Assembly (NCBI GenBank): GCA_046563655.1
Contig: CM102290.1
Span: forward strand, 8,494,001-8,558,000
Length of the DNA: 64,000 nt
Direction: 5' to 3'
Source of the DNA: Yuukianura sp. NJ FZ-2021
Lineage: Eukaryota
The translations under genes were made by a program, and so were the position numbers. The notes under the pieces are model-generated. The model was not told the DNA's origin. It searched no databases and saw only the letters and a list, made by a program, of their open reading frames with translations. Of this stretch, positions 39,719 through 52,400 are shown piece after piece (the stretch's first letter is position 1; each line of letters opens with the position of its first letter).

Positions 39719-41007
39719 TGTAAAGCTTATCCCCACTTAGGAAGAACTTCAAACTCTTCCACACTGAAAACCTCCATTGCCCAATTTTTGAATCTTTGAA
39801 AATGTTAACCACGAAGGCCAGGCCATTCAAAATTTTCTGAGACTTCTAGACATTGGAACGAAACTGCGAATTTCACCAATTCTTTGGAAAAGTACAAACT
39901 GAACACGACGTGACCGTGCGACATACTTTTTAACCTACTGCGCAGGTCTGTTTTACTACACAACTGACGTCTTTATCCCCATTTTACTGTGTAAATTAAC
40001 CTTTTAATTGCCGCTAAATTTTTTTTCTGTCCTGTTATTCGTTACTAATTCCCCATAAGTCATAAACAAACAACAGTCAGACTAGAGCCAGTTTTTAGTG
40101 TTGCAGGAGCTGAAGCAGCTGATTTGCGAAAAGTCCGCGTCTCTTCAAGCTCTAAAATTCTTCAAATACGCAGATAAACAAAACATTTTGCATTTACAGA
40201 CACACATTTGCACGACAGACTGAAGTACTACTGCTGAGATTGCATAACCTAACCATATCCAATTCCAATCAGTAATACTCGCAAAACTCGGCAAATCGAT
40301 ATTGGGGCGTTCAAATTCATACATCACTCACTGCTAGGAGGACATCACTGAGTGATATAGTCACCGGATTATCTTTGACCTCGTCCTGCAAGGATTTCAT
40401 TTTCATTCCCACCTCTCGGTCTCGACGAGGCTTTGGGTGTCCACGTTTAATTTGGACCATTTGCTGAGCTAAGGTAAGGTAAGAAGCAAGGAAAAAGCGT
40501 CGATGGGTTGAAGGAAGAACGCAGTGAATGTCAAGTCTAATGCTCATATTATCCGGGATTTTGATTGATTGTTTCGGGTATTGTGAAATCCGAATCCCGC
40601 GGACATGAATAACCATGGAATCTTTTGTGACTTTTACATGGAGTGTCAGATGTCAGATATAATCGTTTAATTCCATGTTCCTTTGATACCAATACATTGT
40701 TTGAAATTAAATTTATTCTCAAAAACCTCATTAATTTATAAATGATAAATTTGAATAACTTAACAAATTAAAATAAAATACTCCTCATGAAAACCTATGG
40801 ATATCCCTATTATTCCGTGCTAATTACGGGCGCCAAAATGAAAATTTACGGTAATACACAAGGAAGCAAAAATAGGGAAAAGATGAGGTTTTCAGTTCAA
40901 GTGACACCTAAAAAGTAAAGAATTACAATTAAAACATTGTATTACGAGTTTAACTTATGATTAGTATCGAATAAATGTGATTAACTTACCGCTGTTAAGT
41001 TTCAGTT

Positions 41008-42517
41008 TCAGTTGGATGGGGAACGAGATCGACGGGGACCACGAGAGCGACTGCGAGATCTCGAAATACTTCTGGAGATTGGTCGACGACGTGGAGAGCG
41101 AGAGCGGCTGAAAAGGATAACAAAATAGGATGTGAGCACTTAGATCAATCAATTAGTTAAATCAATGATTAACAACAGTTATTATTTTAATCAACTGAGG
41201 GCTGCTGCAGTTGAACGTGCATATGAAAAAAAAACGAAAAGAATAAAAATTAAATGAAACTCATACGTTGATCCTGATTCAGTAGCAGATTAGATAATCT
41301 GTGACTGATTTGAGTATTGAGTGAGAAAGAAGATGGAGGATGGACGTTGTTTTGTAGCAATTATGGAGGAAAAAGAAGATTGAGATCGGAATTCGTGAGA
41401 TTGTAATCGTTTGAGATCTTTTTGGATTATTAGCCTGATTGAGATTGAGATCGTGAGATTGAGATTGCGATTTGCGACCATTCTCTCGAAGACCGTATCG
41501 TAGTAGAGACTGATTTTGACAAGATGGTTGCCTCTGTCCATCTTAACATCCAGACCAGGACGAGAGATCGCCGTTATGTCTAGTGTGATCGGGTGGAGGT
41601 TGAGGTAGGTGTAGGTGTATCTTTTTTTTAGTCAAGAGTGTCATGCAGATTGGAGAAGGCTTTATTTATGGGGTGAGTGAACGCGAGCGAGAACGACGAC
41701 TGTCCCGACTAGATGGAGACAAAAAAATTGGAGAAAAAGCTAAAAATCCAAGTGATGTAGATTTGCCAAAAGAAAAGCTCTGAAATAACTCCCTTCAAAA
41801 ACACCAATACTAAAATAACATTATGCGGATCCATCCCAATAAAACTTACCTCCGAGGTCGTCGTCGATCACCACCACCGTTCCAACGGTCTCCCCCTCCG
41901 TATCCACGACCACCGTAGTCTCGCCCTCCTCCTCCATAACCTCCACGACGACCACCTCCTCCACCATTGCTCCGAGTACGTCCAGTAGACATTTCCACCT
42001 TAATCCTGGTGCCACAAATCCTCCTAAAAGAATCACAATCACTGCCAATTTTCCATTTCTAAGTCACACAAGTGTAATTCTATAACAATGTTCTTACGTT
42101 CCGTCCAAGTGACGAACTGCATCCTCGGCATCTCTTGGATCTTCATACTCAATGAAAGCAAATCCAGGAGGGGATCGAGCAACCCAGACATTCTGCAATA
42201 ACGCCAATAATAGTTATCAATGTCAGTGTCAGTTCAGATACTAAGAGTATCAGTGGTACATTTCCAATTAATCGATGAATAATTCCTCTTTTTTTTACCC
42301 TGAGCGGTCCGTACTTGCTGAAGACATTCTCTAGTTCATTTTTTGTGGCATCATTACCAAGATTTCCAACGTAAACCTAAGGACCAACAACAAAAACACA
42401 TAACAATTGGTTCTCTCATGATTAATGGTATTTAGTAAGTCATATAAAATTGAGTTACCAGGATACCAATACCTTGCTTACCTTACAGCTGAGATCCCAG
42501 TCTCGATGGCGTGACAT
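41008..42517 (-). CDS. Rbp1: SR splicing factor Rbp1/SRSF3-like (single RRM + RS domain), with alternative last exons
   Basis: [83 protein letters not shown]; Gly-rich linker; distal exon [33 protein letters not shown]; no zinc knuckle. Confidence 0.93.
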
Positions 42518-43499
42518 GACTTTACTCTTTTCTAATCAACTTCTTTACCTCTTACTCACCGTCACTACTAACAAGATAAACCTTGTACTAATTTTCAGTT
42601 GCTCTTCGCTAATTCAAAGAACAATTTCTAACAATTAACTTAACGTTTTCCTTTACAAATTTCTCCTTTGTTAGAAGACACTCCTCCGGCGGTACGGTTG
42701 CGGTTTTTTTTAGAGAAAAAAGACAAAAGAACCGAACCGGTGTCAAACCGTAGAATCGACACGAAACTCTTTGCACATTGTCGCCGCAAGGTGACGCGAG
42801 TGACATAATATTCATCTTCGCAGAGACGCCACGAGATTTGCGAATCGCAAAATTGCAAATTGCAATGCAACTTGCGGTACATTTATGCACGGAACAAATT
42901 GACTCCATTCCTGTTTTCCTTTTATTGTCACTCATTCGATATTTTAATTGTAAAATGACAATTAATGACAACTGATGATGACGATTACTCAAAACCTGAT
43001 ACACGGAGAAAGTTGAACAGAAGAACAAGGCAGAAGGAGGCAACAAATTGTTTGTGACTTGTTATGGAATCTTAAGTTAGTAACAATTAAGTAATTAATA
43101 ATAGTGAAAAGTCAAAGAACTTATGTTATTTAAGTATAATTATAATTAAATCACAATGAAATAGATACGAGGCTCCTAAGTATAACAGTTGGGAAGTTCC
43201 TTTCAGTCCAACACTCGAAAGTTATCCAAAATAGAACACGGAAACAGTAGGCTTTCTGTCTCCATTGGATGTCGCACGGTCCACCGCTTCCATTGTTAAC
43301 AGTTTCCCTTCATCTTCGGACGACTGACTTTCGCAAAAAGCTTCGAAGCTCGACCACTCATCTTGACCGACATTGATTCCAGCGCTATCTCGGGCATGGT
43401 CAATTGAGCCCCAGCAGCAAGCTGAAGCTGACGGTTCCGAACGAAGTAGGAAAGGTCACGTTAAGGTCAATAGGTCACGGAGGTCAGTCTTCACCGAGA

Positions 43500-46400
43500 T
43501 TATGAGTGACGAGATTGAAGTTCTTCTGCTACCGCAACTCTGTTTTTAGGAGAACTCGTCGCTGTCGTCAAATCTTCCATCACAATCGCACTTACGTTCG
43601 ACGGTTTGTACTTCCTAAAACAAAATAAAAAAAAGCAGGATTTATTAAATATTCACAATTTCAAAAAAAAACGTCTTGTTCAGGTTAGGTTCATTTTGGT
43701 TACATTCAAACCTTCTTTTCTAGTTTTTTTTTGTGTTTAGAAAAAAGTAAGTGCCATCTCCTCAAAGTGCCGAAAAACGAAATTGCGGCTCAAATTCAAT
43801 TCAATTTTCTCAAGACTCTTATGCGCATCATAACTCTGTTTTTTCAAACGATGGTCGGTACGACCTAAACCATGAACAGCATCACCGCTTCCTTCCGCCG
43901 CATCTTCAAATTAATTGCTTTTTCCCCTGCGGGAACTTACAATTTTCATAACATCAAAATCTAGACACAACGTTACACGAAGTTCCACGTTAAAAAAAGC
44001 ATTCCTCGCTCTCCAAAATCCAGTTTCCAATTTTCATCTCAAAATTAAGAAAAGTCGGCGAGGATTCAGAACTCTTCTAAGCGCAAAACTAATTAACGTA
44101 ATCATACCTTGATTAATCAATTAATTTACCATGTACTTGTTACATTTTAATCAACTTACGTGTAAGGTGACGCTGGCGTGCCAACAACTAGGAGTTGGCT
44201 CCCTCTCATATGAAGTCTCCAAAGGCCTCGGTGGTAACCCCTTGCATCCAAGTCCCAAATTTTGAAACACTGAAACCCAAAAACAGGAACAAACTTAAGT
44301 TTAAGAAAAAAGTTCGAAAAATAGCAACCTTTAGAACACGATCTGTCCAGATTGAAGGTTTTACCTTTGCCACTTGGAGCCAAGTCTTGAAATCTCTAGA
44401 GTCCTTCATTCGAATGTACATTGAAAAAATTTGGGGCTGGAAAACAAAGAAATCCGATTAGGAACAAATGTCACTCCAGCGTTTTTAGGACAAAACTACA
44501 CAGGAAACCAGCGTTTTCACAAGTCCTTTTCATACATTTAGAACAAGCCTTTTATGCCCATTACCACAATCACCGCAACTTTTGTCTCAAGCGATCCCGA
44601 TCCCATTATGTTCTCAAATTCGAACCATCTCATGTGTACAAAAGTGCACATTCAGGGATTAATAAAGTTATCCACTTCTACCGAGGATAAACTATAATTA
44701 TAATACTAATGAGAAAGTGCACTTCCGGAATTGCGTACTTACACATTGCAATTTTTGGTCCCAGACCAAACTTGTTCTTGTATTATGAAACATGAAAACT
44801 TTAAAAAACAAACAAACATTTTTTTGGAACGTTTGAAACTGGACCAGTGGACCCCAAATTTTTTTCACATCAGGGAAAGAAGTGGTTTCTTGACAAGTTT
44901 TTTTAAAAAAATCTTTCTTCCTTTTCACTATGATGTATAAAGCCTTTAAAAAAACAGTGCAAACTGATTCCGTCGTTAAAAAACAGTGTGTATAGTCTCC
45001 CATTTGAATTTACTTTAAATTATGCAACCCATGGCAATACCTGGTTTTGGGACGCTTCGACTGGCGGCACAAAATCGCTGTCACACGGTGACTTGGAGTG
45101 GTTGAGCAGTCGGGATTCTTCCAGAAGCCTCCCAACCAATTTCTCGTAATTCCCAGCTCTGAGACTAAAACGCAAAAAACTCAAGTTACAAGTTTGTTTT
45201 CATATGATATGTTTTTTTTTTCATTGTCAATCCTATGGCCCACTTTTCTCATTTTGCCCATCTCTGGAAGATGTGTTTAATGAAACGCAATGATCTCCTA
45301 AGACAGGAGCAAAGGAACTACACAGTTGGGCATAAGAAACATAAGTCCCACTTTAGGGAATTTCATTAGACTTTCAACATAATCCAATAATTGACCCAAC
45401 CAACCCAAGAAACTTTGGAACACGAACGCACAAACACAATCTTCTAAAAATCCACTAAAAACGATCCTCGTCTCTAATTCCATTTGAGAGGCACTTAATC
45501 CAAATTGCTGATTTTCGTTCCTTCACGCTAATATTGACCTTCTCGTTCCACATTTTTCAAATCTCGCGCACAGATCGCCATCCTAAACTATACATATCCA
45601 AACCCAGTCTTAAAAAGTAAACAGTCTCAAAACAAATACAAACAGAAGAGAAAGGAAATGGGAATTTTCGCTTCCTTTATACTCCGTCTCCTAGGTTTTC
45701 TCACTGAAGGGGTGGAGCCTATTGTTGTGACCATCACGCTTAAAGTGTAACTCATCACTACATTCTTTAGTTAAATCCAACGCTTGTAACATTAAAAGTC
45801 ACCCCTGACCTTCCCTTATCCCAAGTGACCGGTGACCTGTGAGGTTAACATAACATGTAACTTCAAAAATAAGCTAGGCTCCACCCCCTCAGCCCACACA
45901 TCGTTTAAACAGACTATAAATTGGCATTGGCTCCTTACCTGTCAACATTCTGTAGTTGAATTGTGGGCAGGGTATTGAAGGATCGTTTTTTAAAGTAGAC
46001 ATCTTGGAAGTATGCGTTCATATTGAGACCAGAAGCTCCAAAGTGATAGGTACGTGACACGTCAGGGATAATACACTCGCGACCTTTGCGGACCGTGCCA
46101 AGACGCATCCACATGTCCCAGTCCCACCGCTAGGAAAACAGGAAAACCATATTAAAATATCATATCTTTCTTCATCTTGACGTTTTTATTAACTTTTCAA
46201 AAAAGTTTGTTTAGAGAAAGAGAGGTGAGAAGTGAAGTGACAGAGGTTACTTTCCGTGGCTTCAAAAAAGCGACATGAACGTTATGATCTTAAGGAGGTG
46301 TGAAGTGATTTATACGTCGGATTATCCACCGTGGTTTCAACACTCAGTTTCACTTGGAAAAAATTTCATTTTTTTTACCGCACGAAATTTCGAACTTTCT

Positions 46401-49400
46401 GTTTTCCAACGTTTTTCTTTATTCTGAAAAACTTTTAAAATCAACGAATGCATACAGAGAAAACTTATTACTTATTGACGCCCCAAAAATTTGATGCGCC
46501 GTTTGATGCTTTAACCAAGCATTTTCGAAATTTTCAGTCTTTGAGATAAAACAATTTTGTTTCTTTTTTGTTTTTTCAAATTATTTTTGAAATTTATGCT
46601 CTGCAGTATTCAAATCATTAGGAAACGCATTGTACATTTCCCTCCCTCGCCCATTCAGCTCCAACATTGCTTATTAATTTACAAACTTCCCAAGCGCAAG
46701 CGTTTTCCTGCATCATCACTTTCCTTCCTCCTAAAAACCGCGTCGTTTTACAAAGTTGCCGAAAACAAAAGAAACAACAGTAAATTTCATCGTCATCAAC
46801 CTTAATAACTGTCATCTTCCCTCGCTTCTCACATCCATTACGTTTAGCCTAGCAAGTCGCATTAGGCTAAGCACGAAAACCTATTTTCCATTAGGTTAGA
46901 GCCATTAGGTTAGTTAGGTTTACCTTTTCAGGTGTTGGCCACCCTGGTTCCAGCTCCTGCTCGTACAGACTCCGCTTCAGGATCCAGCCAAGACCGGGCA
47001 TCGTCTCTACTCTGTACAGCAGCGTGGGATCAGCGCTCGTGTGTTCATACCCCTGGTCGTTCCAGGCAGAGATACAGTAAAGCGTAGGATCTTCCTCCAG
47101 GAGACGCACCGTTTGACTAAAATATCTGCCAAATCCACAGAGAGTAAGCTAGTTAATTGATTAATTTAATCAAGTTTGGTTTAATTAAGTTAATGATCCA
47201 TTAAAGGACGTTCTCACGAGAAGAAATCTGGTGAAACGTCCAAATCCTCTTCCAGAATTATGGCGTAGTCCGCATTAGGGTAGAGATTAAAAGTGGCCGT
47301 GAGTGAAGCTTTGTAGTGTTGTGAGATCCTTGCATTTTTTGAACCCAGCGGTGTGTGGTGAATTCCACGAAGATTAAATAGACGACTCACAGCCAGTGGC
47401 TCTTCGTAGTATCCATCAATAAATACACTAATCATATTAGGATTTGCACCCTCGGCGGATAGTAACGAGCGTAACATTCTGAAAAAAACAACAACAAAGG
47501 TCAAAGGTCAACTTAAAAAAAATCTCCTCAACAGTCTTTCTGCTTAAAATTTTGCTCAACTTTACCTAAATAAGTAATGCGGTCGATTACTGGCAATGAC
47601 AGCAACAGGGTAATCAAAAGTAGAATAGTTCAGAATCTAAAAACAAAATTAAATATTTTTTGATCAAGGTCACATGACCTCTTCAGTCAAAATTTTTGTC
47701 CGATGACCTCAAGGTCATAGGTCAAGTTTGATAACTTACAGCAGAAGGAGTTTTTGGAAAAGTAAGTGGAGCGGGGTCACGACAACTACAGACGCTGCCG
47801 TATCCTTCAACCAGGTTGCAGAAAGTTCTTCGTCTTTCATTCTCCTCATTGTCTTCCCAGCGACATTGACTTTCTGCACATACCAAAACAAGAAAAAGCG
47901 TTAAAAAAAGCAAGAAAAGTGAACCCGACACAAAAGTGGCACGCGGGTTTTAGTTGATCAAACAAACCGAAAAGAGAGAAGGAAAGACTTAATCATTGTC
48001 TCGTTTTACCCGCCAAAGACACGAGTGGAATTTGAACTCGAATGGACACTGGAGGACCCCATGAATGGAAGTCTGTACTTTTGCTCATCTCCTCTGCGTA
48101 GGCTCTAAAGGGGACTTTGACCTTGAGGTCACCTTTCCGTGTCACCATGGCCCACATGTCACGCCAACCTAAGTGAGCAGCCTTCTCGGAGCCAAGCAGA
48201 GCCAACATCTTCCGACAGTTTCCTTTCATCTGAAACGTTCCTTCATCCTGTCAAAAGTAAACAAATCAAGTTATTAAAAGTTCTTAGAAGTCACAAGATA
48301 AGCATTTTCGAAAAGAAAAAAAAATTTAAACAGTTCAAAACACCGAAAACATTTTTGTTCCATTGGAAAAAAAAATTCTTCATGTGACAACATTTTTCTC
48401 TCGCCCCACGTTTGTACTTTTTCTAAAAACGTTTTCTTGCGCCAAGAAACGTTTTATACCAGAAAACGTTTTCCTTGTACCAAATAACGTTTTGGCACCG
48501 GCAACTGTTCTTCCTGCACCAAAAAACTATTCCACTTTGATTCGAGTAACGTTTTTCCATCGGTGCAGAAACGTCTTCTCTCGTCCAAAATCGTCGTTTT
48601 GTTTAATTTTTTCGTTTCCTCACACTTGAAACATCGCTTCCACACAGCGGCAGCAGCAGAACTTGAAACTTTCTCAAGTGTTTGATTATGAACCGCGCTC
48701 ACATTCTCATGAACCGTAAAGTGGTGAAAATAACGTTATACCACACCTACAACCTCAGCAAAAGATTCTTAACATTTAATCCCTCCATTAGTTATGCTCC
48801 ACATCAGCGTCACTTTTTCCAGCGATATGTAATTACCCTCAAAGAGTCTCTCAAACCTTCCCGCTCTCTCTTCATCATAACTCCCAATTTACCAATTTTA
48901 AAATTCATGTCGTTTCCCCTTCATTTTAAAACCTCATCACCCAGCGTTCCTTCCAGCCTTCTCTGCTCCTTCCAGTGCTCTCAGCTCCTTCCAGTGCCTT
49001 TTCCAGCGTCGAGAGAAGGGATTAAGGCAGAGAAAGTCCTTGCACAGCACATGGAAAGTGGAAGAGAGATTAGAATTCGTTTACTAAGAATTAGAGCAGT
49101 GCGGAAGCAGAGCCGCACCTTCCATTCCGTTCCTTAATTGCAGCATCTCCTCTCCAATCAACTAATCAGATTACTCAACGCTACGCAACCTACGCTCTCC
49201 TTAGTACTTTTAAAATTAAACTCAGATTTAAGCACTTGAGACACTAACATCTTTCATCTCCTCAAGTCAGTGGCTCTGAGGAGGATCAAGGAAGCTAAAG
49301 AAGATGAAAGAGAGTCTCGAGATTCGAGAAAACCGAAAAACTTAACCTAACCTTTTAGCCTAACTAAAAAACCTAAACAGTTTGGAATATGCAAATGCAT

Positions 49401-52400
49401 GGTCACCACAACCACCACCAATAATCCACTTATCCCTGGTCCCCACCCTAACTTTCCCAGTGAAAAACCACCGTACACGACTCATTTACGCTTAAGAGTT
49501 TGCAAATTTGAAAAACCGCGGCCGCAAACTAACTTTTTAATTAACACAACTTTCCGTTTTTTAAAACTTTTAAAACCCTCACGGTTTTCATTAGGCTAAG
49601 CTTTTCAATTTCTTTTTCAAAATCGAAACAGAAAAACGCTTTTGTGAAAAATAAACACTTTTGTCATCACTTCATTTAAATTCACAGTTTTCGTTCCAAT
49701 TCGAAAATCCGGACTTCTGTTTTTCCTTTTTCGCAAAACAACGTTCGTTTTCCATTTTTAAAATTCGTGTTGAAATTGAAAATGTAACAAACAAAAAGTA
49801 TGAAAAATATTAACCTAAATTGAAAATTTTGCATTTTTGTATTGAAACAGGTTTGAGAAAAAAAAAACAGCAGCGAACAAGAGCGACATGAAAAATAGAC
49901 AAAAAAGACTTTGGAGGATAGTTGCAGAAAAAGTGTTTCGATTTTTGAAAACAGGATAGTTTTGTTTCGCCAAATTATTAATTCCCCCTGTTGGTGTATG
50001 GACAAAACGTTTCTTCCATCTAACCATTTCATCCGGACAAAACTAGACGAAACCTTACATCCTCAGGATGAAATATCGAAAAAGTGGATATCCACCAACA
50101 GTGCCCATGGACGATCGTTTCCATTTGGATGCCCTAGATTAACTGTCGCCTAAGTTAATGTCACTGTCCACTCACTAGTATTAGACTATGTTTACCTTGA
50201 TGGCAAAGATGAGGATGCGTCCACTGGCAACCATGTTGAGGAAGAGGATAAGAGCTTCGTCTTCATGGGGTGAGTAGGTGTCAAAGATGCGTTGAGCCAT
50301 CACACTTCCGGTAGCCTGGTTCAGCACTACCACATGGATCCCACGGTTTTTACCACTCTCCTGGTCATCAACCACCTTAAAAAAACTCACAATTTCAAAA
50401 AAAATCCAACATTTGAAATTTTTAATTAATTTCACAATTCTAATTGTTTGCTCACCGTTGCACCTCCAATGATCACTTCCACTCCAGACTTACTCGACAC
50501 TACTTCAACGGATAGTCCATGACCTCTACTCCCATCTCCGATTGACCTCCGCACAACTCCATCTCTTCCAGGTCCACCGCTCACTGGAGAAAGCATAAAG
50601 CATTAAAAATGTACATCTAGACATACGTATTATAAATGTAACACAAGAAGAACTTCAAAAACATTGATTGAAAAACTTAACCTTCACTTCACACTAGTTG
50701 AAGTAATGGCGCCTATGATTTTAAACTCATTAATTCTTTATGACGAAGGTTGCAAACTCCAAAATCAAGTCGGGTTTTTGTCTTAATTTTTGTTAGTTAG
50801 TTGTGTTAGGTTAGGTTAATCAAATGGGGAGAACTTCATATTAGTCACGGTTGAGGTTCTGGAGGGGGGAAGCTGAATGATAAATTGAAATTTAAGTGGG
50901 TTTAAATTAGCTAAAACATTCAAGAGTTCCTCAGATCTCTTCAGAATACTCTGTTGACAAGAGAGAAATAATTTCCACATGGGTGGCTCTTCACCACAAA
51001 AATACTTCCGTACCCACCCCTGAAAATTACCCCCCCCCATTCTACAAATTAACCCCCCCCCCAACCGGAGAATTCAGCTTCCGTATATAGACGTTATAAT
51101 TTAGACGATGCCCTTTTTTTTTGTACATGTTAAATCCCACCGCTTTCGACTGGCACCAGCATAATTTGATAACTTGTTTTTCGAATACCGTGGCAACTTT
51201 TATTTTTATTCTTGGACTTTGTCAGTGGCGGTATCTTTTGAATCTTTGGCAGATCACTTTCCTATTCTTTGTTCACACAATGGAACTTCTTAAGCAAGAC
51301 GAAACCACCAAGGACGCTTCGCATCATTTCCTCTTCTTTTCATTCTAAAGGTTCATGACCTTCGCACATCTCTGTACTTTGCCCTCACCAATGTTCATTC
51401 AACCAATCACTTTCTGCTGTGACCCTTGGAAACAAATCAGCATGGTTACCTAACCTCAAGATTCTCAGCCTTGCATAACCTCATTTTAGCATCGAAAAAA
51501 CTGAACTCTAAAAGGCTGGAGCCACGTTCTTCACGCCAGAAAAAAGTCTGAAATTTTTCAATTTCCCCAAATTTTCTGGCATTTCTTCCAATTTTCTTCA
51601 AAATACTGGCAGTAGTTTGGAGTTCCAGCGATCATCACCGTGTTTCTGGGAATTTGAAAAAGTAAGCGCCAATAATGGGACTGAATAAGAGGAACTAATT
51701 CGTAAAAGATGAAAAGAGCGGGAGAAAATGTGAAGTTTAAAAGACTTCTGGTGGAAGGAACCCTGCAGCGCTGAAACGCTGGAAGCCTTTTGGCTGAAGT
51801 GTGCTAATGGGTCTTCGTTGAACCGAACCTCAGCAATGTACGCTTAATTAAGCTTGTGTCTCCAAACCAAAAGCCACGTACCACTCATTTCTTGCAGCAT
51901 AATGACCTCACTAATGGACATTAGTACACTCATCCTCATCTCATAAAAGAACGTCATCGAGGATTCTGTCGAACCAAACTCAGCATAGCCCACATAGAAA
52001 CTCTTCCAACATCTAAGTCTAAACTTACGAGGTCAAAAGTTCACACATTCTAAAAAAAAATTTGAAGCGAGATTCAAACGTTAATAATTATCAAAAATTG
52101 TCAGTTTCAAAATTTTGCAATTTTTTCAAATTGATCCATGTAGATCCGTGTAGGCTAGCATTAATTAAGTAAAGTACGATAAACGATTAATTAATTTACC
52201 TGAGGACACAGATGCAGATGACGAATAGGAAGCCTCCAACTGTTCCTGCTGTGACCTAAGCCTCCTGCCCGTTTCCACTATGAAGATGAGGTTGAGGCCA
52301 ATGGTAAACAAAAGAATCACGAGCACCACGCCCTAAAGTAACAACAATCACAACCAAATCAATTGTAAGATCAATTACTCAGCCCCATTTTTGGCTAAGA

